A stretch of DNA of 63,129 bases, filler included, from Octopus bimaculoides (GCF_001194135.2; 9 parts of 9 records of this genome joined end to end with filler, not necessarily neighbours in it), one strand, 5' to 3'. Numbered from the whole stretch's first letter, positions 1 through 12,649 are shown. Numbers and translations are program-made. The notes: a model not told the origin generated them from the sequence alone.

Positions 1-134
1 GTGTGTGTGTGTGTGTGTGTGTGTGTGTGCATATATACATACGTATATGTACATACTTACATCTATACATATATATATGCATATATGGGCACAGGATGTC
101 ACGAAACATGTACAACAAAAAATTACGAAGTACG

Positions 135-352
135 AGTGCATGAAATATGAACTATTTTTTCAAACAACGAAAGACACAAATGGAAAACAAGACAAACAAC
201 ATAAAGAACGACCCTCCATCAGCTGTTGGCTATTTTTCTACTTTCGCATTTTGAGCATTTAACAACAATATACGCTTTCAATAAATGAGTTGCTCCCACA
301 AGGCAAATTAAATAAGATTTGGGCTTTTGCAGAGGGTCAAAATTGGTTACAC
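135..352 (-). repeat. Dispersed repeat, inverted homolog of 42355-42575 (unclassified; possibly a Penelope-like 3' end)
   Basis: The reverse complement of ~42355-42575 aligns by eye along this whole stretch (e.g. gagcatttaacaacaatatacgctttc, aaagaacgaccc). Confidence 0.75.
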
Positions 353-396
353 AAACAGGACATTGAAAACAAACAGGACATTGAAAACAAACAGGA
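351..396. repeat. Tandem repeat, 18-bp unit x2.5
   Basis: acaaacaggacattgaaa at 351-368 and 369-386, partial at 387-396. Confidence 0.9.
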
Positions 397-584
397 AGGG
401 CTGCTAAGCCTAAACGAGGTCGTGGTGGCAAACGCATAAATCAAGCTTGGACAGGAGACAGACAAGAACACGTCTTCCTTGTTCCAGCTACAACAGAGAG
501 ACAGAAAGAAACACAAGTGTGTGTGTGTGTGCAAGCATGCGCGCGCGCGCACATGTGTTCGTGTGCGTGTGTGTGTATTGTTGC

Positions 585-1375
585 CTTACTATGGAGAGGA
601 GAATGGTCAGAGAGATATCAGGTGTTGTGGAAGGAGCATGTAATGTTAAAGTCCCTAATATCTTGTTTCTTAGTGATAACATAAGCTATGAAATGCCAAT
701 CTTTAGATCTAGGATGCATCTAGGTTGTCTTGCAGCAATTTCACCATTGAAAAAAGGTATTTGTGATGCTTAGACTGAATTCCCTGCTGATGGAGAACAT
801 TCACAGACCGCTGGAGTTCATTCGACCAACACCATGGTGACCAAGTGCACCCTCCCATGCCTGATAGTCAGTACCAACACAAGCGTTAAAGTTGCCCATA
901 AGGATAAATTTATCCTTATGGTGACAATTGGAGATGACATCACAGAGTTAGTTATAAAATTCATCCTTTCTCTGCTTGGTGCTGACCATGGTTGGGGAAT
1001 AGCAACTGACAAGTGTAGCACGAGTGTTGTGATCAAGTTCCAACGTTAGTGTCATGATGCGATCAGAAATTCCTTTGGGTAGAGAAAAAAGGGATCTGGC
1101 TTTTTCTGCTTTGATGGCAAAGCCAACACCAGAGTGGCATGGCTCATCTTCATTTCTTCCATACCAGAAAAATAGGTATCCACCTTTACTTTCTTCTCAC
1201 TGTGATGATCCTACAAGATGAGTTTTACTGAGTGCAGTCATGTCAATGTTGTATTTCTTTAGTTCAAGGGCAACCTGTGTTCTTTTTCATTCTGGTGCTG
1301 AGTGACTGTCTCGGAGAGTGCACGCATTCCAAGAACCAAAGTTAATATTCTCAGATTTCTTCGATTTTTGACTGC
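585..1375 (-). pseudogene. RTE-clade (BovB-like) LINE, degenerate APE endonuclease domain
   Basis: Manual minus-strand translation: NINFGSWNACTL..ALELKKYNIDMTALSKTHL..GGYLFFWYG..SGVGFAIK..LVSCYSPT..FILMGNFNACVG..MHPRSKDWH..SDH, with several in-frame stops. These match RTE APE motifs. Confidence 0.9.
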
Positions 1376-2235
1376 ATTACTGAATAACTAGACAGCTGCA
1401 GCAGGATGACAAGTTTAAGGTGAGTAAGCAATGTTTGTGGCTCCTTTTCTCACCCTTCCCCCTGTGCTGTGACTAAATAGACCTGCTTTGTCACCACTGG
1501 AGGACACAGACAGCACAGTTACTCACAAGTTCTGTGCTGGAACGGCCATCACCCAATGGTTGCCAACTGTGTAGAGATCCAGCAAGAGACTTCCAGTAAT
1601 ATCCTTTACTTGTCCCTGTCGCTTTCACTCTCTTGCCAGAGGACTTTTTGATTTTTTCAAGTTGAAGCTGTGCCGTATTGAATGAATAAATGTAAGTTGT
1701 CAGAAAACCCACACAAATGATTTGATGTGAGTATTGAAAGTTTATGTAGAACCAGCCACACTTTATGGAAGTGATGATAGCAAGAATATGCTGCACATAT
1801 GTGCTACAATACCAAGAACACACCTCAGGCTTTTTCTTCAGAGGTTACTATCTCCTAGAAGAGCCGCTATAAACAAGCTGGAGAGCCTAGTCTACCCTAT
1901 GAGTCAGAGTATGGTGATAGTATGACCTTGTTAAGGAGACCCTCAGCAATCAAAGACCTGGTTTTATATCAGGGTTTTCCTCTCCTAGAGGGGATGCCTT
2001 CACCACAGTTAAGGAGCCCCATCTTCCCCCTAATATATGGACTGGCCATTGACTATTCATGAGTTCCTCTGCCCTCTATGACAAGTTTTATTTTTTGTCC
2101 TGCAGGGTGTCCAACTATCACCCTCCTCACCAAGCAAGCTTGGTGGGGTTGCCAGTTTAGTCACCAACGACCCGACCATGTGACAGGTTGTACCGGGTTA
2201 CATGTTACCAGTAGCGAACACTAGTGACTACTGAC
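1376..2235 (-). mobile_element. Probable 5' region of the same RTE LINE
   Basis: Contiguous with and upstream of the APE domain. GC-richer than flanks, with an 8-bp hairpin caccaagc-aa-gcttggtg at ~2128-2145. The RTE 5' assignment is inference. Confidence 0.55.
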
Positions 2236-2566
2236 TTTTTTGTGGCGGCGGTGTGTGTGCCTAGGGAGACATGTTTGCAGTAAGAGACAACTCATACAAG
2301 CAGTTTGGTTGATTAGGTGGTGATAAGCGGTCGGGTGGGAGGGGTTAGGTGAACAACATGAGCAAGCTGGAAGATACAGTTCTCTAGGTAATGAATTTTA
2401 GAAAAAGAGAAAAATATTACTATATATATAGAGATAGATAGATCGTCAGTGTATCATACATTCAGGTTACAATTAACTGCACCGATAGATAGATAGATAG
2501 ATAGATAGACAGACAGATAGATATCGTTAGTGTATCATATATCCAAAAAAGAAGCACACTCTAAAA

Positions 2567-2913
2567 CAGTGGCTTTCAAACGTGGTCCATATGGTCTCTG
2601 AGAGTCAATATAAGATTGTGGGGGTCCATGCAACAAAATAGTAAATTGTGCACAACAGTATTATTTTAAGAGCCTCTGAAAAAGTTTTGCTTTAGGTGCA
2701 TGTATTGGTAATTATTGTAAGAAACAATTAGATCCTTTCTCTAATATTTTACATAATTTAACCTACACAAGTTAATGTGTGAAAAACAAAATAGGAATTT
2801 TGAAAGAAGTTTACATAAAACTAGTACTTAAACATTGAATGGCTGTGCGGGTCCACCAGAATAAAATAGTAATCAAAGGGGTCCATTAGATAAGAAATGG
2901 TTGAGAACCCCTG
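2567..2913. mobile_element. hAT (Charlie-type) MITE
   Basis: Imperfect 15-bp TIRs cagtggctttcaaac / ggttgagaacccctg. Flanked by near-identical 8-bp TSD ctctaaaa (2559-2566) / ctctaaag (2914-2921), close to the Charlie NTCTAGAN target. Confidence 0.85.
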
Positions 2914-3040
2914 CTCTAAAGCATGGAGCAGTAATGTATTTATATACAATTAAGTATCTCATCTGACAAGTCGTCCATAAAGCTAAGCGCTTTATGGATG
3001 CGAAACCATTAGTCACTCTCCGACCGGACATATACTTAAC

Positions 3041-3091
<51 letters not shown>

Positions 3092-3338
3092 ATGTATATC
3101 TGTCTGTCTGTCTGTCTTGATTCCTGGACCAGGCTATGCATTGTTTTCTTGATCAAAACACTTCATTTTATATTGGTTCAGTCCACCCAGCTGGCAAAAA
3201 TGAGTAATCCCATGACGGATGGGCCTCCCAGCCAAGGGAAAGTATATAGGTCACAGAATCTCCGAAATCAGCCTTATGAGCCTATTGCTTGGAAAGGAAC
3301 TGTGATCATTTTGATATATATATATATATATATATGTG

Positions 3339-4384
3339 TGTAGTGAAACTACCTATCGCCATTATACACAAAGAAGCCATCTTCCCCGCTGTTATAAATA
3401 TGAAAAGACGCGAGCGTAGTAGAAAACATCTCTTTCATTGTCATCACATGACTAATTATTATTTGAAGCGGCAACTGCTTCGTACCGTTCCCGCCAGAAC
3501 GCAAACTGACCAATCACAGCTCCTAATAAGGTCACGTGATAGTGTTTTCCTAATACCTCTCTGGAGCCCCTATTTTGTTTTAAATAGACTAAATTATACC
3601 CGCCTAATCGTCTCGGTTCAGATCTCTTAGAGACCTGTTCCGTGTACCACACAGAGCAGCAGTTCCAGCGACAACAATCACAGCTTCGTACAACTACGAC
3701 TACCAGCAGCAACACGACTCTACGACTACTACCAGCATCGCCGCTGCCAGTCAACACGACACTACGACTACCAGCATCGCCAACACAGTCAACATGACTT
3801 CTACGTACACCAGCTAACCAAAAACTACCGCAGAACTTCTAACTCTGTTTGTGCGATTCACCTTCGCCACGATAGACAACAGACAAGAACCTAGCCTGCG
3901 ACGAACATTTGTATACAAGAACCCGGCTCGGCATGNNNNNNNNNNNNNNNNNNNNNNNNNNNNNNNNNNNNNNNNNNNNNNNNNNNNNNNNNNNNNNNNN
4001 NNNNNNNNNNNNNNNNNNNNNNNNNNNNNNNCTGACTCTTTTTCTATATGCTGTATCTCACGCATACACATACATGTATCACTTACACACACTCTTTTCT
4101 TTACACGACGGCCTGTCTTTTATTATGTTTTAATATATCGCATTCTCACTCACACACAGACATACATTTTAATGCAACAATAAATAATACTGTTATTCAT
4201 CTCATACGGTTGTGTTCTATCGTCTTCCTTACTGGCCATTTACGAATTCACTATGTTATCGAAGTATAACATATATATATCATCTTTGATATAATTTTTG
4301 TGTTTGACCGTGTGACGCGTTTAAATAAAAGGAGCCCTGTTTTTCCATTCGTCACCATTTCTCCTTTTGGGTTCGCACGGTCGT

Positions 4385-4391
<7 letters not shown>
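3339..4391 (+). mobile_element. Solo LTR, subfamily A (contains N gap)
   Basis: Starts tgtagtgaaac, ends ttaca. CCAAT at 3510, GTCACGTGA at 3531, AATAAA and 3' hairpin present. Colinear with 45320-46340. Confidence 0.8.
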
Positions 4392-4445
<54 letters not shown>

Positions 4446-4534
4446 CACACACATATATATACGTGTGTGTGTGTGAGTGAGTTTAGATGGATATATTATC
4501 CAGGCAGATACTGCGGCAGCTCTCAGTTATGTTC

Positions 4535-5429
4535 TAATACGAACTGGTATTTCTCTATTTCAGTGTTTGAGACTTGTAGTCTATGTTACAGACACTCTTT
4601 CTATGTTCTGTGTTTTCTCAGATCTCTCACAGGTCTGGTCGTTGACTACACATACAGAACACAGCTACAGCCAGTTCCAGCGCCGACGTCTTCACCACCA
4701 ATGTACTGTCTACCACAATGTCGTGCGCCAGCAACCCCACCACCAGGAACACACCAATATCAACAAACAAGGTTTTATCTCGACGCTGTTTGAGTGGATT
4801 GTTTCCACTCACGAGCAACAATCAGAACTAACCAGCGAGAATATTCCGTATTAGGTAAACAGTCACAGCATTTGACGCTCAACACACATATTGTGATTCC
4901 ACAGCTCTGCTACTTGGCCACAACTTCCTGCGTATGAACATTCTATCTCCTTGTGTAACTCTAATACGAACTGGTATTTCTCTATCTCAGTGTTTGAGAC
5001 TTGTAGTCTATGTTACAGACACTCTTTCTATGTTCTGTGTTTCCTCTCATTCACACGCACACTTGCACTCTCACATATTGTACACACACTATTGCTTATA
5101 CGACTGTCCGTCACTTCACATTGTTGTATACATTCTATTGTACACGAAGGCCTGACTTATCTACTGTGTTATTTATATATGTCGCATGCACGCGCACACA
5201 GGCACAAACAGTTTCACTATGTTAATAAATTTATTCTCATTATATATCTAACGGTTGAGTTTGTCCTAATCTGTCTCTTTATTGGCACTTGGCTTGTATC
5301 TCTTCACGATGAGCCTACTCTCTCTATATATATATCTTGTTTTGTGTTCGACCGTGCGACATGGTAAAAAGGAGCCTTTTTCCCGTCTACGTCGCCACCT
5401 CCTTTGGTTCGCACGGTCGAAGTATTACA
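4535..5429 (+). mobile_element. Partial LTR, subfamily B (lacks the promoter part; starts with an internal duplication)
   Basis: 4618-5429 is colinear with 6134-6943 and ends ttaca. 4535-4617 duplicates 4960-5045. Confidence 0.8.
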
Positions 5430-5859
5430 CCATAATTTAACAATTTGTAAGATGTACAAATTGTCAAATAACCTACTTGAGCTTCGAAAAATGCTCGTCG
5501 CTTGATGTTAAGTCCTAATGCCTCCAATATCGTAGTACAGTTGATATTGCTGATGATAGATAAAGAATACACTGCAACAGTGTTAATAATACAAAATAGA
5601 AATCATGGCAGTAACAAACCAACAATATTTTACGAATCATCAATCAATATTTCCAACACACTAACTTGAACTGTAAACTGTACCTGGACTTCAAAGACAA
5701 ACTATGAACTTCATTCTTTATTATGATAATATCAAATACAGAAAGGACAATACAGGACATTACAAAACAAATAAAGCGTTTATGAGTTCTTATTTTATAT
5801 TGTTCTTAAAAATATATATATGAAGGAAGAATTAAAAAATTTTTTTACAGTTTTTACTT

Positions 5860-6943
5860 TGTAGTGAAACCTCTCTCTCTCGGGCATTCAATCATAAATG
5901 ATAACGAAGCTGCTAACATCTAGTTTTCGGCTGCCATAGAGCTTTTCTGTCCACCATCCTGATTGGTTCTTATATGCGCGGCAATTGTCCCCATGTTCTG
6001 CTTGCTAAGGGGGCATTACGTCCAATCGTGGCCTAAGGATAAAGTCACGTGATAGAGAGTTTTACTGGATTTCCGGTGAGCCCTTTTTCGCTTATAAATA
6101 AGCCCGATCCAACGACGGCGATCGTCTTCGATTTCAGATCTCTCACAGGTCTGGTCGTTGACTACACATACAGAACACAGCTACAGCCAGTTCCAGCGCC
6201 GACGTCTTCACCACCAATGTACTGTCTACCACAATGTCGTGCGCCAGCAACCCCACCACCAGGAACACACCAATATCAACAAACAAGGTTTTATCTCGAC
6301 GCTGTTTGAGTGGATTGTTTCCACTCACGAGCAACAATCAGAACTAACCAGCGAGAATATTCCGTATTAGGTAAACAGTCACAGCATTTGACGCTCAACA
6401 CACATATTGTGATTCCACAGCTCTGCTACTTGGCCACAACTTCCTGCGTATGAACATTCTATCTCCTTGTGTAACTCTAATACGAACTGGTATTTCTCTA
6501 TCTCAGTGTTTGAGACTTGTAGTCTATGTTACAGACACTCTTTCTATGTTCTGTGTTTCCTCTCATTCACACGCACACTTGCACTCTCACATATTGTACA
6601 CACACTATTGCTTATACGACTGTCCGTCACTTCACATTGTTGTATACATTCTATTGTACACGAAGGCCTGACTTATCTACTGTGTTATTTATATATGTCG
6701 CATGCACGCACACAGACAAAAACAGTTTCACTATGTTAATAAACTTACTCTCATTATAAATCATATCTGTTGTCTGTCCTAATCTGTTCTTTTACTGGCA
6801 CTTGGCTTGTATCTCTTCACGATGAGCCTTCTATCTTATATATCTTATTTTGTGTTCGACCGTGCGACATGGTAAAAAGGAACCTTTTCCGTCTACGTTG
6901 CCATCTCCTTTGGTTTGCACGGTTTTTTCATTTTATGCTTACA
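5860..6943 (+). mobile_element. Solo LTR, subfamily B
   Basis: tgtagtgaaac...ttaca termini; CCAAT 6022, GTCACGTGA 6044, TATAAATA 6093, AATAAA ~6738. Flanks actt/attt are an imperfect TSD at best. No PBS or PPT adjacent. Confidence 0.8.
6022..6140 (+). promoter_or_regulatory. LTR Pol II promoter module (CCAAT - E-box CACGTG - TATA - tcagatc)
   Basis: Same motif order at similar spacing in the diverged copies at 3510-3620 and 45458-45573. Confidence 0.55.
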
Positions 6944-7031
6944 ATTTTTACATCAAAAATTCTGGTTTAGCCCGTAGTCATCTAATCTAACGGCTACCCT
7001 TTGTCTTTTTACCCAATGAGATTAAGTAGGG

Positions 7032-10000
7032 TCATTCACACCCAACTTCCTTCCATTTCTTCTCGAACGTACTTTGCGACAAGTGTCTCCTCCCCAGCCC
7101 TATCTTGCTCTTCAGATGATATCTGAAGTAGTATAGCAAACCAGGGCCGGAGATGAAGGTTTCCGTCACGATTCCTTTCAATCTCGTTTTCCATATACAC
7201 TCTTTCACAACAGCAACTGTGCATAATAAACATGCCTCACCTTCCTTTGTCAGTTCGGGTGGTAGTACAATCTTGATCATGCTCTCAGCTGATAACTGTA
7301 CTCTTCCTACATGCGACAACATGTGTTCTGCATAAACTATCAGGCCTGAAATTTCCAGACACTGAACAAGGGTGTGCAGAATGGTTTTGTCATCCTGCTC
7401 GCACCTTGGGCATACCAGTGGTACAGACACCCTGTATCTGGACAGTTTATCCCAAACAAGTAGAGCACTCCTATAGCATTGCCAGGTCAGGGATTTCTGG
7501 TAATTATCCAGGTCTCCCAACATGAAAGTTCTTTCAAACAGGTTGGCTAGTTGGTCCTCATCGAGTCGCAGAGCCTCTCCTAGGACGTCATCCCTCTTGA
7601 ATTCTACCAACCCCTAGGTGGTATTTCCATTGCTGGCCTTGCCCCTCTTATGGATTAGCATGAGTGCTTGTTGGTACTCTTTTTGCCATTCCATCAGATT
7701 TCGTCTTTTAATGAACCCAAGTTTGAATCTCTTCACGGAGGCCAGTCGCGGAAAGAATTTCTCCGCCAGCAAATTCCATTCCTGGTCACCCTCCAGGTAG
7801 AGCCAGAGGTAGCTCAGCCTCAGCACATGTTTGCGCATCCTCAGCCATGGCATCCCTAGCCCACCCTTTAGCGGTTCTTGACAGCAGACAGATTGCCTCA
7901 CAAGCAGTTTTCATCCCTTCCACAAAAAGCGAAAGAGAAGGCATTCCAACTTGTTTAGCTACAAATCAGGGCAAAGGACTATGGTCCGACAGTAGGTGAT
8001 AACAGATGCAATAAACACTGGTACCACCTCTATCCTTCCTTTCAGGGACAGCGTCCTTTCGGACAAGGTCCAGGTTAGGGCTGCCACCCTGTCTGTTACC
8101 TCACTCCAATTCTTCTCTATGTGGGAATCTGGTCCAAACCAGACTCCAAGCAACTTAACAGGACCTTCCGTCCAGTGCCCCACACCATTGGATGGTGTCA
8201 TCTTGCCACTCCAGATACCGAGTCGCAAACCAATGGACTTGTTCTTGTTGATTTTTGCTCCTGTCACCGCCTCATAACCTTTGATTGCCTCTTCTACACA
8301 AGGTAGCTGAGTTTCATCAGCTATGGTGATGGTGACGTCATTCACGTAAGCAGAAACAGGCTTACACCATCCCAGTTTATCGGGGTCATCTCCCAACTTC
8401 TTCAGCAATGGCTTGAGAGCCAGTACATACAGGATCAGAGACAGGAGGCACCCCTGACGAACCAAGCGCTCGATCTTAAACGGCTCTGACAGGTAGCTGT
8501 TTATCTGGACCATCAATTCAATGCTGCTGTAAATGGCAGTGATCCAGCCACGGAAATCTGGGCCCAGCCCAGTCACCTCCAGGACTGCTGCCAGGTACCA
8601 TTGGTCTGCCCTATCGAAGGCTTTACTTTGGTCTAAATGGACCAGTACTCCACCTTTACTGGATAATTTACCCACCTTCTCTCGTGTGTATTGCAGAAGA
8701 TGGAGATTGTCCTGGATCGACCTGTCTGGGATGGCGCATGTCTGCACCTTCCCTACAAGTTTCTCCATGACACGCACCAACCTCTTAGCTAACACTTTGG
8801 CCAGAATCTTTAACTCTACATTAAGTAGAGTTGTGGGCCTAAAATTATTGATATTATCCCCCTTGCTCAGGTTTTTTCTGCCCAGTGTCACCACTCCCTG
8901 ACTCACAGAACTGGGAATTGTCCCATTCTGCTGCCAGTTCATGTAGATGCAGGCCAGTAAGTGCCCAAACAAGTCCAGCATACTACAATAAAACTCGTAG
9001 GGCAGACCATCCTACCCTGGCGCTTTATCCTGGGTGCACTCGGCCAGCACCTCTTCAACCTCGTAGCTGTGATCGGCCCTTTACAGCATTCCGCCTCCTG
9101 TGTCGAGAACCACGGTCCACCGGTGATGAAGTCCCTGAGGGGCTCCCCATGTTCTAGCCTGCCACTCCTCCCGAACAACTTGGTGAAAAGCCTTCTGCAT
9201 CTCCTCTTGTCCTTCCATTGAACACCCCTGTTTGTCTATTAAAGACTTGATAGAGGCATCTCTACCTCTCCGACTCTCCACACGACAGGCCCATCTGGCA
9301 GCATTAATACCCTTTCTTCCCATCGCATGAAGTTTAGCTCTGACCCTACAGCCTTTGTATTTGGTTTTGAGATGATGATATAAAACCTCTCTCGTCACCA
9401 ACACCCTGGATGCAGAGTTAGACTCCATGGCCTCCTCTAATTTCTTTGTTAATTTGCCCTCTATTCTAGTCCTATCCAGACTTAACTCTTTGCTAAATCT
9501 AATAGACTCTGAACAGATAGCTTGTTTGAGGATGCACCACCATCTGTTACTGATGATGGTGCCTATTAATGCCTTCTGCACTAACTCCTTAATCTGAGCA
9601 TGGAAGATTTTACCAGTCAAAATAGACTTGTTCATCTTCCAATACCTGGGTCCCTGTCTATGGCACTTAGCTAGGTACACCCTACATGTCACAAACTTGT
9701 GATCCGTGTAGGGGACACAACAGAAGCATGGACAACTAACACTATTCTTATCTTTGTCTCTTTTTGAGGCCAGGGTTTCCCTTTCTATTAGCTGAACCAA
9801 CACCATCTACCCATGTGTCGAGAATAGTGTTAAAGTCTCCTAGTACAACTAGAGTTTTCGATGTCACTAAGAAATTCTCCAGGTCTGGATAAAAACCAGT
9901 CTGTCTACCCTCCTCTGGAGCGTAGACAGCTACCAACCTGAAGAACTGCTTACTCATGTGTGTCATATCCAGAATGACCAGCCTACCTTCTGGGTCCAGA

Positions 10001-10252
10001 AAAACTGTACTTACCTGCATGTCCAAGTTTTTCCTGACTAGGACCATTAGGTCACTGCCCCTCCCCCCAACTAAGAGAAATAAATTTGTCGTAGCCGTTT
10101 AGATGGGGCGTGAACGCTTGTGACCCACTCGGCTTAGACTCAGTTGCAACACATATATCTAACTCCAGTGACCTAAGGTCGTTCAGGAAGCAAGTTTGTT
10201 TTCATTTTGACCCAGAGCGGCGTACATTTATACACCCTAACTTAATCTCCAT
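7032..10252 (-). pseudogene. L1/Tx1-type LINE ORF2 (APE + RT + C-terminal CCHC), broken by stops and frameshifts
   Basis: Start MEIKLGCINVR..ICVATES; APE LVAVYAP, VVLGDFN, TDH; RT NFRPTTLLNVELKILAK, LDQSKAFDR, VRQGC, AYVNDVT; C-terminal CPRCEQDDKTILHTLVQC. Spread over ORFs 9748-10047, 9081-9806, 7959-8981, 7614-7901 and 7032-7610. Confidence 0.95.
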
Positions 10253-10420
10253 GGAAAAAAAGTTTGCTTACATTTTCAGTTTGAGGAGGTGCTGTACAAA
10301 TCCAGTTTACTCCCCTTCCTTTTCCTTTTGAGGTGTCACCGCTGGACTGGTCAAAAATGTTTTCCAAGCCATCTCTTGGCTAACGTCTTTCAAGTCCTTG
10401 GAGTATCTTGCTTTCAGTTC
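10253..10420 (-). mobile_element. Probable ORF1 3' remnant of the same L1/Tx1 element
   Basis: Lys/Arg-rich broken frame directly upstream of the ORF2 ATG (10250-10252); assignment is positional inference. Confidence 0.4.
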
Positions 10421-10723
10421 ATTATATAGTCCTACTTGACCAAACTACGAACTGCCAACTACGTTAGACCACTACTATTTATATGTAGTAGTGGTCCCGT
10501 CTATTCTTGTCAGAGGGTGTCATACTCTTGCTACAATATATATGCAGGTGTGTGAGTGAGTGCAAGTTTTTGAGTTTGTGTTTATTCACCACCACCACCA
10601 CCACTACCATTACTACCATCACTTGATAACCAGTGTTGGTTTTTGTCCCTGTAACTTAGTGATTTGGTAAAAAAAGACTGATAGAATAAGTACTAGATTT
10701 AAAATTAAGTACTGGGATTGATT

Positions 10724-11150
10724 ATCATCTTCATCATCATCATTTAATGTCTTTTGTCCATGTTGGCATGGGTTGGACGGTGTGACCCGAGCTAGCAAGC
10801 TGTTGGGCTGCACCAGTCTGATTTGGCATAGTTTATACGGCTGGATACCCTTCTTATCACCAACCACTTTATAGAGTGTGCTGGGTGCTTTTATGTGGTA
10901 CAATATGGGTGCTTTTACATGGTCCCACATGAGCACTTTATGTGATACTGTATGGATGTTTTCATGTATTGCTGTATAGGGGTTTTTACATGACACCACA
11001 CAGGCACTTTTATGTGGCACTGCTACGAGTGTGTTACATCACCAGGAGGATCAGTCTTAACACTTCTGCTGTGGAGTACAGGTCTTCTCGAGTGCAGCCA
11101 GGCACCCTCGGTCCTTTGTCATATTACCTGAAAGATACAGCTTCCTGAGG
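10724..11150 (-). mobile_element. SINE-like repeat with (GAT)n tail, same family as 18715-19235
   Basis: Shares the tail (tggttgg..aagggtatccagccgt..ccaacccatgccaacatgg..ttaaatgatgatg) and degenerate gtgcca..ggcac motifs with the 18.7-kb copy. Confidence 0.7.
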
Positions 11151-12519
11151 TCGTTCTTCAGTACTTCATTCAACTAAACCCTTCAAGGGGGTTCCACAGC
11201 ATGAGGCAGAAACCATATATTGTATAGTTTTCTGTCTTTCAAAGCAGAAAAAAAATCAATTATTTTGTGAAAAGTTTTTGCCAACTAACATGTCAACATA
11301 TGTTTTTTATTTATCATATGTCACTAAAGGAGCACTCAACAGAATACAATATAGTGATAGTGTCAATTTTGTTGAACCCTGGAAGTACTCTAAAAAGATT
11401 CTTTTTATTTACGCTGTTTGGATGACACTAACTTCGCTAATCTAAGAACCCGATAGATGCATATGAAACCTGATATCTACTCTGTATAAATTTTCTTTAC
11501 TGTCTTTTGTGCGTTTAGATCAGCACCATAATTAATATAACAAGATAATTCTTGCCATGTGAGTCATCAGCACATCTGGGCAGAAAGAATTGCTGTGAAT
11601 CTATGAAGTATGAGCTCCTGATCATCATTAAATTATGATTTCATTTCCTACCATAACTTTATCTGTACTGAAATAAACAAATATTTTTGCAGTTTTGCAC
11701 AGTTTGATCCAAATGCTTACAACCAATGAGACACCTTTTCCCCAACTCTCTGTGAAGGTCTTGCTTCCTTGAATTAAAATCCTTTGATGATTCCTTTGAT
11801 AGTCCATACAAATTTTCATCACAGTTTCTGAAGCTTTCAATGTTTTTCCATTTTATTTCTTCAGTTACTGAGTTTCATTGATCTCTGTAGCTGTTCTTCA
11901 TGATATAACATCAATAGGTGAGGCTATTTAATATTTGACAGGAATTATTTTCAGAACAACCAATTCAGTTGAAAAGTCAAATTGCATACAGTATTAATAA
12001 TGCTTTGTTAACTGTATATGTTTTAGAATTTCAATTATTTGTCAAGTAATGTCTTTATGATGTGAAATAGTTTCTCTCACGGCCCTTATTTCTTCATTTT
12101 GTTGCTCTGAAGTTTAAATGACTCTAAGGTTTGGTTTGGTTTTCGTTTGACAATATATTTTAAAAGTGGAAAATTGTAGAGGTTCTGCATAACTCCTAAT
12201 GCATAGCAAGGTAGTTCAGTGACAGTCATTGCCTTTTGAAACATATTATGACTTGTCTAATCTTGCTGATGTCTGATGTTTCAACAGCACTAATGAAATA
12301 TTCTGAACACATCTCCACATCATTTGCTCTGCTTCCTAAAACAATCTCAGCCATGATATTCAGAAATATATTTTTGACAACAGATGAAATCTATTGCATA
12401 TTTATCTCATAAGTTTCCCTTTTTTCTCCTTCCAAAATAATCTCTTTGGATCAAAGATGTCTAAGTTCCAATCATTTAGTACAGTTTATATTGGAAATCT
12501 TGCTTGAGTTACTGCAGTC

Positions 12520-12558
<39 letters not shown>

Positions 12559-12649
12559 ATATATAAAGAGAGAGAGATGTGGTTACATGTACAAAGACAA
12601 AAAGGAGATACTCAATAAGTTATGTAGAATATATTTTTTGTAGTTAAGT

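Noticed and set aside
5475-5572. Minus-strand exon-like segment (..LEALGLNIKRRAFFEAQ) faintly resembling SMC1
   Set aside because: Short low-identity match with no neighbouring exons found; chance is likely.
4467-6759. Duplicated short ORFs in the LTR-B copies as a protein-coding duplication
   Set aside because: They are chance frames in an LTR, not conserved in subfamily A, and show no recognisable domain.
4618-6943. Full-length LTR retrotransposon formed by the two LTR-B copies
   Set aside because: Only 430 bp lie between them, with no PBS (TGG), PPT or gag/pol, and the first copy lacks U3.
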